Part shown: positions 28,016 to 38,500 of the stretch, one piece after another | Layout of the letters: each line of letters starts with the position of its first letter | Numbering within the stretch: position 1 is the stretch's first letter | From: a virus | Length of the DNA stretch: 64,000 nucleotides | Strand: one strand, 5' to 3' | IMG/VR virus record: IMGVR_UViG_3300045988_119718 | Span: 128,001-192,000 of that record | Program-made: the position numbers and the translations under genes | Notes under the pieces: model-generated | Told to the model about the DNA's origin: nothing | Database searches by the model: none | What the model saw: only the letters and a program-made list of their open reading frames with translations

Positions 28016-29068
28016 TTAGCTCACCACCTTTTTATATATTCTACCTTTATAAACATTAGAGGCAACTATACCATTTAATCTATTTTTTATATTGCCTCTA
28101 TCTTTTTCAACATAATTATTAGCTCTAAGATATTTATTTAACCCTCTATATTTTCCTATAAATTCATTAGTGGCTTCGTCATATACTTCAAATTCAAGAT
28201 TATACCTTCTATTATTAGATTGCTCTTCTTGTGTTGCCCATGTACAATTTTCAGGAGAATAGTCTTTATTTACATCTATTCTATCCATAGTTGTATTTAT
28301 TAATCCATGTTTATCAGCAAATTCTTTAAAAGAGTTCCAATTATCTAAAAAATAATTATGGAAATCATGCCATCTATCACAAACTTTTATACCTCTCCCG
28401 CCATATAACTTGTAACGATTATTAGATGGATTATAACGTTGCATCATACCTCTCCATCTTTTATAAAAAGCTCTATATGAAGGATCAGTTCTATCCTCGA
28501 TTTCGTTGTAAATTAAATGAGAATATTCATCATGCTTAGTTCCATGCCTTTTACAAAAATTACTGTAATATATTTCTTTTGTATATCCGCAAATTTTACA
28601 TTTAGCTAAAAATCTAGGCATATTATTTTTATATCCTAAAAATTTAATTAATACCATATCTTCAATAGTTTCTCCGACTTTTTCTTTATAATAATCTTCT
28701 TCACAATTTAGCCTATTGTGAAAATAATTATATTTTATAAAATTACTTTTTAATACTTTTTTTATATGCCCACATTTAGTGCATTGAATATTGCAGTATT
28801 GCTCATTACGATCTGTATACTCATCTAAAAGCTCTTTAAACTTATAATCAGTTCTAACTACATTTTTCAAAAAATCTTCATTGCAAGTATCTAGCGAATG
28901 CTTATAATGATATAACGTAATACTCTGCTTTGTTATATGTTTAATATGACCGCATTTAGTGCATTGAATAGTATAAACAGGGGCATAATGTTTATTTCTT
29001 CCATCATACGATATAATTTGGTAATCACCGATTATTTCTCCGACTAAATCTGAATAATTAGTTTTCAT
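28016..29068 (-). CDS. free-standing HNH-family homing endonuclease-like protein (three Zn-ribbon modules plus a C-terminal 'IDVNKDYSPENCTWATQEEQSNN' block)
   Basis: Three repeats of 'CTKCGHIK…SNF'. The C-terminal block is typical of phage HNH/AP2-type homing endonucleases. Strong RBS 'aaaaggag'. Immediately adjacent to the intron-like element. Confidence 0.55.
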   Translation of the reverse strand: MKTNYSDLVGEIIGDYQIISYDGRNKHYAPVYTIQCTKCGHIKHITKQSITLYHYKHSLDTCNEDFLKNVVRTDYKFKELLDEYTDRNEQYCNIQCTKCGHIKKVLKSNFIKYNYFHNRLNCEEDYYKEKVGETIEDMVLIKFLGYKNNMPRFLAKCKICGYTKEIYYSNFCKRHGTKHDEYSHLIYNEIEDRTDPSYRAFYKRWRGMMQRYNPSNNRYKLYGGRGIKVCDRWHDFHNYFLDNWNSFKEFADKHGLINTTMDRIDVNKDYSPENCTWATQEEQSNNRRYNLEFEVYDEATNEFIGKYRGLNKYLRANNYVEKDRGNIKNRLNGIVASNVYKGRIYKKVVS

Positions 29069-29199
29069 ATGCTAATATCTCCTTTTATTTTTATATTAAT
29101 ATAAGTGCTATAAAAACTAATTATTAATTTTTGGTTTTATTGTATTTTTAGAAGTAAATACTATAGTTAATAGTTATTGACTTACGTAAATCGATCAAT

Positions 29200-29557
29200 G
29201 CATTTTTATTCGCTTAGAGTCGTTAATTCTAAACCGCTTATTTAAAGCCGCTTTATGTCTCCATAAAGAGTAGATCATATCATAATCTCTATTAAAGAGA
29301 TTTCTCCCATTTCCACCCACTTGGATGTACGTCATAAAGACTGATCGTTGAACCTTCTCTATAAAAGAGCTTGGCTGCTGATTGTGCATTGTTTATACCT
29401 TTTAGGTTTTAGCCATGAGGCATCATAAAGATTGTTTCTGTTTTTCAACAACCTATGTTTAAAATATAGGTTCTTTATGCTTTAGCAGTTTCCAGCAATT
29501 AAGGAGATTTGCAAATCTATATCGCTATAGACTGGAACCATTGAATAATAATATAGC
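29200..29557 (-). other. second copy of the group I intron (P 'AATTGCTGGAAAC', Q 'AATCAGCAGCC', R 'GGTTCAACGATCAGTC', S-like 'TGATATGATC'); 3' boundary uncertain
   Basis: About 150 nt aligns with intron 23033..23393 at roughly 75-80% identity. It begins right after the stop of 29558..30394 (exon ends in U). ORF 29195..29389 lies inside it and is probably spurious. Confidence 0.5.
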
Positions 29558-30394
29558 TTAACGCTTGTTATTATCGCTTAATTCATTTGGTATGTTTAAC
29601 CTAGTTACAGGTCTGATATTCATATATTCAGCATTATCCACTGTATCAGACAATTTACCATCTGTTTTTACATAACCAGTACAAAGAGAGATAGAGTTAA
29701 TTCTAGCATCATTCAATCCTGTACCATAAAAGAAAAAGTCTCTACAATCGTCTTTGGTAATAGACATCTGCATTGAAACTATAGATTCTACTTCCATATC
29801 AGTAGACTCTTGTGTTGTATATACATTAGCGTCTATAGGAGTACCATCTGTAAATTGCTGTGTAAATACTGGATTAGAATCAAACTTCTTAAAGTAATAT
29901 GCGATTCTATCTGATTTCTCTTTTCTACCAAAGTAAGTACCAGTCTTAGTATAGTCTCTCTGTACTGGGGTTAAATCAGTATCTGGAGTGGTGTATCTAA
30001 ATGGAACAATACCACCATAAGTATCTGTATAAGCTGGATTAATCCATGAAGCATATTTAGCTGCATATACTTGTGAATTTTCTCTACCGCAGCCATCTGT
30101 ACCTACACAGAACAAGCATACTTTTTCTAGTTTATTTTCAGTATTAGATTCTTCAGAATTAGCAAAAGTAAAATCAAGCATAGAATTATAGTTCGGTGTC
30201 TTTTCAGGTTCATCAATATCAAATAACAACCTAGCTATAAATCCACCACCAGCTAATGTCATAATATTATGAGTTGTGAATAATACTTCCCCAGTATCAG
30301 TATACCATGCTTTAATAACTGTTTTAAAATTAGTACGTTCACCAGTTATACCCATGGTATCTTTTAGAGATAAAGGTTTATTTATAATAGACAT
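29558..30394 (-). CDS. hypothetical protein (candidate intron-containing gene; function unknown)
   Basis: 278-aa ORF. Confidence 0.5.
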   Translation of the reverse strand: MSIINKPLSLKDTMGITGERTNFKTVIKAWYTDTGEVLFTTHNIMTLAGGGFIARLLFDIDEPEKTPNYNSMLDFTFANSEESNTENKLEKVCLFCVGTDGCGRENSQVYAAKYASWINPAYTDTYGGIVPFRYTTPDTDLTPVQRDYTKTGTYFGRKEKSDRIAYYFKKFDSNPVFTQQFTDGTPIDANVYTTQESTDMEVESIVSMQMSITKDDCRDFFFYGTGLNDARINSISLCTGYVKTDGKLSDTVDNAEYMNIRPVTRLNIPNELSDNNKR

Positions 30395-30450
30395 AAAATC
30401 CTCCTTTTTATCAATACAATATTATAGTAAAGTTGGAGGTTATAAATACA

Positions 30451-30488
30451 AAAAAAAATAAAAGGTCGTAAGACCTTTTATTTTTAAA
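30451..30488 (-). terminator. rho-independent terminator 'aaaaggtcgtaagacctttt' plus U-tract (minus strand)
   Basis: One of three near-identical terminators (also at 31058..31092 and 33805..33838). Confidence 0.6.
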
Positions 30489-30502
30489 TGATGAATCAAA
30501 GC

Positions 30503-30970
30503 TTAATATAGTTTTGTTGCATTCAGAAGTTGTTTCAACAGGTCTTTCTGCTGCTGCATATCATCCTGTAGGTGTTGCAGATCCATAGTAACCTCATCTC
30601 TCATATTGCTAATATGCTGATATATCGCATTTAATGCAGCAATACCAGGATGTGCTGCGTCACTAGAGAATTTATCTCTAGTAGAAGAACAAAAAGTTTC
30701 ATAGGGGTAAAGTTTTTCCCATTTATTTTCTACGAATGCATAAACCCTTTTCGTTACAAATTTCATCTCATCGAATGAGATTACATGGTTCCACCATAAA
30801 TCGGTGGCAACCTGAGTGACTTTCACCCAAGCTTTAGTTAAAAGTTCTTCGGCTTCTGAGTAGTGACCTTCTTTAATCGTTTTTTCAAACTCCGCATCTA
30901 ACCGATTAATTACTACATTGATTACGTCTGCAATTAATTCTTTCTGTTCACTATTGTTATTGTTTTCCAT
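30503..30970 (-). CDS. hypothetical protein; member of a 3-gene paralogous module
   Basis: 'WW/WIHNHISF…M' region shared with 31101..31628. RBS 'aaggagga'. Confidence 0.55.
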   Translation of the reverse strand: MENNNNSEQKELIADVINVVINRLDAEFEKTIKEGHYSEAEELLTKAWVKVTQVATDLWWNHVISFDEMKFVTKRVYAFVENKWEKLYPYETFCSSTRDKFSSDAAHPGIAALNAIYQHISNMRDEVTMDLQHLQDDMQQQKDLLKQLLNATKLY

Positions 30971-31057
30971 GATGTTCCTCCTTTAGGAAAATGGTAGAAT
31001 TATAGTCCACCTTGATTCACTATTATATTATATAGCTAAGTATTATTTTAAGAATTA

Positions 31058-31092
31058 CAAAAAATAAAAGGTCTTATGACCTTTTATTTCTA
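31058..31092 (-). terminator. rho-independent terminator 'aaaaggtcttatgacctttt'
   Basis: Seen directly. Confidence 0.6.
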
Positions 31093-31100
31093 ACGATGCA

Positions 31101-31628
31101 TTACTTCATAATGATAATGATTGTGGAAAGTTTAGAAGACTTCATGCTCTTCTGCATTTCATCATACTCACGATATATCTCCTGAAGCTTCTCATTGATA
31201 TGACGATCAAATTCATCATAGTCAATGGATTCATGTTCTTTTACGCTTCTCTGATAGGTACCTTCAAACTCATGCCTTCTCTGTTCAGCTTCTCTATTGA
31301 ATTCTTCATCATCCTTTCTAGAAGCTTTATCCCAAAGCTCATCTCTCTTTACCTCTGCAAAACTGTGAAATCGATTTTTTAATTCTATCATTTTCGCAAA
31401 TGAGATATGGTTGTGGATCCACAACGAATCCACAAACGTAATAACAGTTGCCTCAAGTCGAGAAACAACTGTACGAGCTTTTCTAAACTCACCTTCATCG
31501 ATGAGTTCATAAAACTCTTCAGCTAATCTTCTCATGCTCTTTTCAAACATGGGAACATCAGGATGATTTGCAAGACCTAATTTGGCAACTTCGTTCATCA
31601 CTGCATTTACTAAATTTTCGCTTTTCAT
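31101..31628 (-). CDS. hypothetical protein; paralogue of 30503..30970 and 33847..34260
   Basis: Shared motif 'SLWIHNHISFAKMIELKNRFHSFAEVKRDELW' versus 'DLWWNHVISFDEMKFVTKRVYAFVENKWEKLY'. RBS 'aaggagga'. Confidence 0.55.
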   Translation of the reverse strand: MKSENLVNAVMNEVAKLGLANHPDVPMFEKSMRRLAEEFYELIDEGEFRKARTVVSRLEATVITFVDSLWIHNHISFAKMIELKNRFHSFAEVKRDELWDKASRKDDEEFNREAEQRRHEFEGTYQRSVKEHESIDYDEFDRHINEKLQEIYREYDEMQKSMKSSKLSTIIIIMK

Positions 31629-31789
31629 GATTGTTTTCCTCCTTTAGGAAACTGACTGGAGTAATCTTCTCCAGTAACATAGATAAATGAATACACTTAT
31701 ATATGTATTCATTGTTATAGTACATAAGTATAGATTATAAGTATTACAAAATATACCCTACCTAATATTAGGTAGGGTAATATAATAAA

Positions 31790-32201
31790 TTAATAATCTG
31801 TAACAGTAGGAGGTATTTTATTTATTTCAGAAGACCAAGACATAACGACACTAACACCACCAACTTCTTCACCAAAGTCGGATTCGTATGTAAGTTGTAA
31901 CTCATATGTTTTTTTAGGTGTCACACCAACATAGCTAATACTAGTAGCTGAGTCACCATAACCAGTAACAGATGCCCAGATATTACTAGAACCACCAAGC
32001 TCGCCTTTATACGCACCTGATTGAGATTCAGCATCAATATCACATTTAATAACCCTTACTGATTCTGGTGGAATAAAACTAAATGATGTTATACTATCAG
32101 TGCTTTCAAACCTACTATCACTAGTTATTTGAGCTGTTGCGGGGCTAGCACTAAATACTACTACCCCCCCCCCGTATAGTTCCTTTTAAAGTTGTTGTCA
32201 T
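31790..32201 (-). pseudogene. frameshifted ('OFF') paralogue of 12465..12887; the ATG with strong RBS reads 16 codons to a stop because the poly-G tract has 10 G, while a 9-G version encodes a ~137-aa protein ending …KIPPTVTDY
   Basis: Hand translation with 9 G gives MTTTLKGTIRGGVVVFSASPATAQI…VGVTPKKTYELQLTYE…KIPPTVTDY*, which parallels MATTMKGIIGGGLTFTASPATVSI…IGVTPNKRYSIRVYVG…KTPTLTDY*. Confidence 0.55.
32164..32173 (-). repeat. homopolymeric G10 tract (C10 on the + strand)
   Basis: 'ctaccccccccccgtat'. Confidence 0.9.
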
Positions 32202-32221
32202 AATGATTCCTCCTTTATTAT

Positions 32222-32326
32222 TTATCTATATTTCAATTCTAATAATTCTTTAAAGTCATTACTTCTATAAAGAGTACCAATTACTAAAATAAATGAAATC
32301 ATAGCTTTCCAAATAATAGTTTCCAT
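32222..32326 (-). CDS. possible 34-aa small hydrophobic protein
   Basis: METIIWKAMISFILVIGTLYRSNDFKELLELKYR with RBS 'aagga'. Low confidence. Confidence 0.25.
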   Translation of the reverse strand: METIIWKAMISFILVIGTLYRSNDFKELLELKYR

Positions 32327-32341
32327 ATTACTTCATCCTTT

Positions 32342-33742
32342 CTATTGCTTATATGGTTTATATCCATTATTGGTCTTAAACCAAATAATCATATCCCCAA
32401 TCATATCTTTATAGTTACCATATACTTCTGGGCATTTACAAATCATATCAGAAGGCAAAGATACAGATTCTGGCTTGATATAAGAATTTATATTATCAGA
32501 TATAGTTGTAGTACCATCTGTAGTAACTCCACATTTAGCGATACCACCATATACTGTAGCACCAATTACACTACCATTTACAGTCTTACCACCAACTATC
32601 TTACCATTGGTGATAGTACACTTCATACTAGTACCACCTTTAGTAATACCATTTTGAATTATATACGGAATATCATTAATCTTACCCGTAGCAGTACCAC
32701 CAACTAAAGTTCCTCCAGTAATAGTACCACCATATGCAATATCACCAATTACTATAGCACCAGTAGTAACCATATCTTTGCCAGATCTAGTTCCTCCTAC
32801 TACAGTAGATTTCTCTATAACTGGATTGATTACAGTTCCATCATATGCTTTAGAGCCAACTACATTACAATCAGTAGCAACTATAGTAGCATTACAAGAT
32901 TCTACTATACATTTAGACATAATGGTTTTAGTACTATCATTACAATCACAAGTACAATTACCCTGACTAATAATAGTGTACTTTTCCATCTTACCACTCA
33001 TTATCTTACCAGTAGTAATAGTGCCTCCAATTACTTTAGCATTTGCTACTGTAATGAAGTTATTTAATGAGTTTACACCAGTAGCACAGCCATCTACAAT
33101 AATACATTGCTTATCATCTGCAACGCCTTTAGTGATAGTACCTGAATAGATATTACCATCTTCATCTATCGTAGCATCAGTAATAACAATAGCGTTTACT
33201 AAGCCTGCTACAGTAACACCACTAGAATGAGCATTAAGAATAGTGCTATCTTCATCAGCATGCTCTACATATGGCTGAATATCTCTAATGTTAGAAGTTC
33301 TAATATCTTCTACTACTGAAGAATAGTTAGTAGAAGCGTCTACTCTAATAATATAATCATTTACTCCAGAACAGCAATCACAAGAGCAATTAGAATTAGA
33401 GTTTACTTTACCAATTTTAGTAATTACTCCTACTAAAGTATTAAGTTCTCCATTAGCTAAGTATTGTACTTTGTATCTTTTTCCTTTTTCTAAAGCGTAA
33501 GTTTTAGACGTTCCATCTGAATAGTCTATAGTAATATCAATAGAATAATTAGCTTTAGCAGATACATTAGTAATCATCAAAGTAGCTCTTTGTAATTTCT
33601 CTACAGCATGATTGATATCATATGGCTGACAACAATCACAATTATGGATATTAGATAAATTATAAGAATTTTGAAATTGCTCAGTATAATGACCACAATA
33701 GGTGTCTAATGGGAATTCACCTTCACTATAATGAATAGGCAT
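32342..33742 (-). CDS. beta-helix-like repeat protein with three 'NCxCDCC' cysteine clusters (virion fibre or spike candidate)
   Basis: Gly/Thr/Ile-rich repeats such as 'GGTITTGKI', 'GGTITGGTLVGGTATGKI', 'GGKTVNGSVIGATVYGGIAKCGV'. Clusters 'HNCDCCQ', 'SNCSCDCCSG' and 'GNCTCDCND'. Confidence 0.5.
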   Translation of the reverse strand: MPIHYSEGEFPLDTYCGHYTEQFQNSYNLSNIHNCDCCQPYDINHAVEKLQRATLMITNVSAKANYSIDITIDYSDGTSKTYALEKGKRYKVQYLANGELNTLVGVITKIGKVNSNSNCSCDCCSGVNDYIIRVDASTNYSSVVEDIRTSNIRDIQPYVEHADEDSTILNAHSSGVTVAGLVNAIVITDATIDEDGNIYSGTITKGVADDKQCIIVDGCATGVNSLNNFITVANAKVIGGTITTGKIMSGKMEKYTIISQGNCTCDCNDSTKTIMSKCIVESCNATIVATDCNVVGSKAYDGTVINPVIEKSTVVGGTRSGKDMVTTGAIVIGDIAYGGTITGGTLVGGTATGKINDIPYIIQNGITKGGTSMKCTITNGKIVGGKTVNGSVIGATVYGGIAKCGVTTDGTTTISDNINSYIKPESVSLPSDMICKCPEVYGNYKDMIGDMIIWFKTNNGYKPYKQ

Positions 33743-33804
33743 ATGTATACCTCCTTTTTTTAATACATAAATTATTAAAATGTTTTGTTTATTTTGAATA
33801 AGGT

Positions 33805-33838
33805 AAAAAATAAAAGGTCGAAAGACCTTTTATTTTCA
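33805..33838 (-). terminator. rho-independent terminator 'aaaaggtcgaaagacctttt'
   Basis: Seen directly. Confidence 0.6.
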
Positions 33839-33846
33839 GATGATGA

Positions 33847-34260
33847 TTAGAGGTCATCCTCGTCATCATCATCTCTCCAGTGATTATTGATCGCCTTGGA
33901 ATCTTTAGAATCTGTAGTATGACGAGATTCTTCATCAAAAGGAGGAGCAATATACTCCTTCCAGTTAGCCTCTTCCTGCTCAAAGAAGGAATCATCTTCT
34001 TTGGACTCCAGATAGCGAATCTTCTCGCTTTTCATGATAATCATGCGTTTATCCTCTACAATGCGGTGGATAAATGTCATAATCATATCTGACTCACGGA
34101 TATCGATAATATCGCCATGCAAGAGCATGGCGGAAACAATCTTCTTAAGGAATGTTTCCATATCGGAAACTAAAACCCTTGCACCGGTGTAATCTTTGTA
34201 ATCGATTCTCAAATCGATCAGCCTACACAAATCGGATACACTATTTGCGAATTTCATCAT
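33847..34260 (-). CDS. hypothetical protein; third member of the module family
   Basis: 137-aa ORF, acidic C-terminus. Preceded by the conserved leader and a 6-codon uORF. Confidence 0.5.
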   Translation of the reverse strand: MMKFANSVSDLCRLIDLRIDYKDYTGARVLVSDMETFLKKIVSAMLLHGDIIDIRESDMIMTFIHRIVEDKRMIIMKSEKIRYLESKEDDSFFEQEEANWKEYIAPPFDEESRHTTDSKDSKAINNHWRDDDDEDDL

Positions 34261-34412
34261 TACTGTTTTTCATTAATCATGATTTGTCCTCCTTATAGAC
34301 AAAATGACTAGAGTTTATTTTCTCTAGTAACATAGTGAATTGGTAGATGTATTTCTACCACGACTCACTATTATAATATATAACTATATATAACTAAGTA
34401 TTTTAGGAATTA

Positions 34413-34455
34413 CAAAGTATACTCTACCTTATATAAGGTAGAGTATATTAAAAAG
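34413..34455. promoter_or_regulatory. palindrome 'tatactctaccttatataaggtagagtata' in a conserved 5' leader (counterpart 'ccctacctaatattaggtaggg' at 31757..31780)
   Basis: Seen directly. Its position upstream of the module genes suggests an operator or promoter-associated hairpin. Confidence 0.35.
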
Positions 34456-34614
34456 ATATTAGTAAACGAATATTCAATTATATAATATTACAATGAGATA
34501 GTATAAATAGAAGTTAGAAATCTGAAGTTGGAGTTTTTATTTATACATATCTCGTACATATTTGTTTTCCTTTCTTGTATCAACAGTCTTTGTTTCTGCT
34601 GATACAGAGCACGC

Positions 34615-34654
34615 ATATATCTCACTATACCTAATATGGTATAGTGAGATATAT
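34615..34654 (-). terminator. 17-bp-stem hairpin 'atatatctcactatacc-taatat-ggtatagtgagatatat' 10 nt after the gene stop
   Basis: Seen directly. There is no clear U-tract on the minus strand. Confidence 0.35.
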
Positions 34655-34664
34655 TTTACATATT

Positions 34665-35489
34665 TTATTTTTTCTCTTTTTCTAAATATTCTTTTACTTT
34701 ATCATAGTAATAGTCTTTATTTAAAAATGCTTTCTTAAATTCTTCTAAAGACCCAAATAGTTCTTGTAAATCTCTTCTGTTATCATATAAGTATTTTATC
34801 AAGTTCATATGTCTATCATAAAGTTTAGGATAATGCTGTTTTATTTTTTCTAAGTTTTCAGCAGTATTATATTGAATTGGACATATTAAGCAAGATCTAG
34901 TGAATCCTAAAGTATCATAATCTTTATTAAGCTTTATATTATTTTCCTTAATATACTCATAGCAGTCTTCATCTGTCCAATTAAATATAGGAGAAATTAT
35001 TTTTTTATTTCCTTCTTTTATGGTAATTGCAGATTTAACCCAAGTCTTAGTATTGTATAAATCGTCTTTTCTAACACCAGTGAAAAATATATCATATTTT
35101 TTTAATACTTTTGTTGTTGTTTGCCGTTTATATGAGCAGCAAGATAATAAAAATTTACTATTTATAATATTATTATCTTTGTATAATTTTTTGATATAAG
35201 AAGATAAAGCAAAACATTTATTTTCTTTCATATACTTTTCAGCATCTATACCAATAATAGTTACATCAGGTCTAGATTTAAGATAATCTAATATACCATC
35301 ATCTTCAAACCCAGTAGCAATATAATATTGATAAATAAAATCTCTTACTTTTAATTCTTTTAATAAATTATCGACGATTACACTATCTTTACCACAAGAA
35401 AATAGAAAACATGCATTATCGTCTTTAGAGTAATTATCTAAAATTATTTGTTTAGATTCTTTTATTTTTTCTTCTAGTTGATTAGTCAT
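34665..35489 (-). CDS. PAPS-reductase-family (PP-loop ATP pyrophosphatase) protein
   Basis: PP-loop 'FLFSCGKDS' (SGGxDS-like). Confidence 0.55.
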   Translation of the reverse strand: MTNQLEEKIKESKQIILDNYSKDDNACFLFSCGKDSVIVDNLLKELKVRDFIYQYYIATGFEDDGILDYLKSRPDVTIIGIDAEKYMKENKCFALSSYIKKLYKDNNIINSKFLLSCCSYKRQTTTKVLKKYDIFFTGVRKDDLYNTKTWVKSAITIKEGNKKIISPIFNWTDEDCYEYIKENNIKLNKDYDTLGFTRSCLICPIQYNTAENLEKIKQHYPKLYDRHMNLIKYLYDNRRDLQELFGSLEEFKKAFLNKDYYYDKVKEYLEKEKK

Positions 35490-35504
35490 TCCGATTACCT
35501 TCTC

Positions 35505-38500
35505 TTATGTAATATTTTCTGTACCCGATGTTCCGGCATCTTTACCGCCGCCAAGGATATACCATGAAGCAACTACATTAGCAACTTTAACTGTTATGTC
35601 TTCGGTTAAAGTGTATGTAATATCAGATGTTGCATAGAAATACTTTACACTTTTATCTAAATTAGTAATAGTACATGGGATTTTAGTATCATTTATATAC
35701 ATATCGATAGTTTCAATACTGTCATATCCATTATCATCAGTTGGGGTTAATTTAAATCGTACTCTATATAATCTCCCATAACCCCATTTACTAGTTTGAT
35801 ATTCACTCTTATCAATTAATACATATAATGCAGCATCTGTATTGGTTAATTGAATTACATTTATAGTATATAAAATACCATCAGCAGATCCAGCATATAC
35901 TTCATCGTCTGATAATAGTATACCACTAGTTTTATTTAAAGTACCGGCATTATAACCTACATCAGGTTTAATACCTGCTGTCCATTTAGTACCATAATCT
36001 AATTTAACTGAAGAGGTATAAATTTTACCATTAGCCATTACAGCGATAGTTTGATGCTCAGACTGAGTAATAGTTAAAGTGAATTGCTTTATAGTAGCAG
36101 CTGTAGCACTAATACTGTCATTACCTGTTAAAGTACCACTAGTTTTATTTAAAGTACCAGCATTATAGCCTTCTGCTGGTTCTATAGCTACAGTATAAGT
36201 AGTTCCATATGGTAAAGCTACAGTATTGGTATATTTATTACCATTAGCTGTAACAGTAATAGTCTGATGCTCAGATTGAGCTATTGTAAGAGTACATTCA
36301 ATCTTCTTAGCTGCTGATTGAGCATAGATATATGTATCGCTAGTTAAAGTACCACTAGGTAAGTTTACCTCTCCAGCAGTGTATCCTGTTACACCTTCTG
36401 TATATGCTACCCATGTAGAACCATATGGGAAAGATTTAGTACCAGTTGTCCAAGTAATAACATGATTAATATCATCTGGATAAGTACATGTTACTGTAGT
36501 TATAGTATTTTCTGTCTGTTTTATAATTATTCTATAATTGATCTTATTAGCAGCACTAGTAGCATATACCGAATCATCTCCAGTTATAGTACCACTAGCC
36601 TTATTTAAAGTACCAGCGGTATAACCAGTATCTGCTGTAATAGTAGCAGTCCATTTAGTCCCATATGGCAAAGATACACTATTAGTATAAGTTTTACCAT
36701 TAGCATGAACTATGATAGTCTGATGTTCAGATTGAGTAATAGTTAAAGTAAATTGCTTTATAGTAGCAGGACTAGCACTTATAGAATCATTGCCAGTTAT
36801 AGTGTCACTAGTTTTAGACAAAGTACCAGCAGTATAACCAGTATCTGCTGTAATAGTAGCAGTCCATTTAGTCCCATATGGCAAAGATACACTATTAGTA
36901 TAAGTTTTACCATTAGCATGAACTGTGATAGTTTGATGATTACTTTGGTTAATACTAAGAATATAACCATAAGCTGTAGCATTAGTAGCTGAAATAGTAT
37001 GGTTACTATTGATATCGTTTATTTCAAAAGAATTATATAGTTTACCATCAAGTGTTATATATCCGCTTTTATATCCAATAGATGGAGTTATCTTTATATC
37101 GAGAGAATCTCCTTCTGTAGTCTCAAATGTGCTGGTATAATTTTGGTTATTTAATCTTGAATATACGGTAATAGTCTGATTGCTGGTCTGATTAATAGTA
37201 ATAGTATATTTCTTTTTAGCTATATATGTAGCTTCTGTAGCAAATATTGTATAATCCTGACTAATGTTATTAATAGAAGTATAATTCAATTTACCTGCTG
37301 CATAATTAGAATTAGTAGATACAATAGTACAAGTTATACTATCTCCTGACTCTACTTTAAAGCTATTAGTATATATAATACCATTATGGTATACTCTTAT
37401 TATTTGATTTTCTGATTGTTGTATAGTAATAGTATGGGTTCTTAAAGACGGTGGAACTATACCATTTTTATCATGTACATAATCATAGCTATTTTTATCA
37501 TCTATATCTTTAAATCCAGATTTAGTAGTACCAGCAAATGGTAAATAATATAAATCTTCCTTATTATTATGATCAAGATTAACTAATAAATGCGGTTCTG
37601 TAAGATACCAATCGTCATCATCATAGTCTGACAACGGTGTTATTTCCTTATTACCATCTAAATATTGTAAATAAAATACACCATCATTTATCTTATGTGC
37701 TGGTGTTATCTTGATTTCACTATCTTCTTTTAAGATAAAACTTCTTTTTATAGGAATATTAGAATCTATATCCACTGGTGGATATATCAATCTTCCTGGT
37801 ACATAAGTATTATCTTTAGGTGTAATAGTTATTCTGTATTCTGTAAGATAATCTAAACTTACAGCACTAGTATAAGTAGTTCCATTAGCTATTACTCTAA
37901 CGGCTTCATTATCCATTGTAGGTATAGTTATTTTATATTTCTTTTTAGTAGCATTAGTGCAAGTTATATTTAAACTAAAATCATTACTATTAACTAACGT
38001 ATTAGAGGCATTTAGCTTATACATAGTTAATTCAGTATGGTTAGAAGTGCCTTTATTATACCCATATATAGGATTGATTTCTATGCTGTATTCAGTATCA
38101 TAAGTAACATAAAAAGATTTACTTTTATTACCAGATTTCTGTATCGTATACATAGAATAAAAAGTTAAAGTTTGATTAATAGTAGCCGGTAAAGTAATTT
38201 TACACATCTTAGGTTCTGCATCTTTATCTACAGACAAATGTTTATTCTTATACATTATACCACTAGTAGAATTTAATGCTCCTTTGATGGTATAACCAGT
38301 ATCTGCTACTATTTCAGCATCAAATCTATCACCTATCTTACATTTAATGATTCTAGTATTTTCGTATACAGTTTCATTATTTATAGTAACTTTAATATGC
38401 TGATGATTATATTGATCTATTAATATATATAATGCATTGTTTATACTTTCACTAGCATATATAGAAATATCACTTTCTAGTATTCCATGTTCTTTATTTA

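Noticed and set aside
29195-29389. 64-aa ORF MHNQQPSSFIEKVQ…
   Set aside because: It lies within the second intron-like element, overlapping its R/S core, and has no RBS. Probably not a protein.
34665-35489. PAPS reductase-like gene as part of a DNA sulfur-modification (Dnd) system
   Set aside because: Only the PP-loop protein is present. There are no DndA/B/D/E-like neighbours in the window, so no system-level claim is made.
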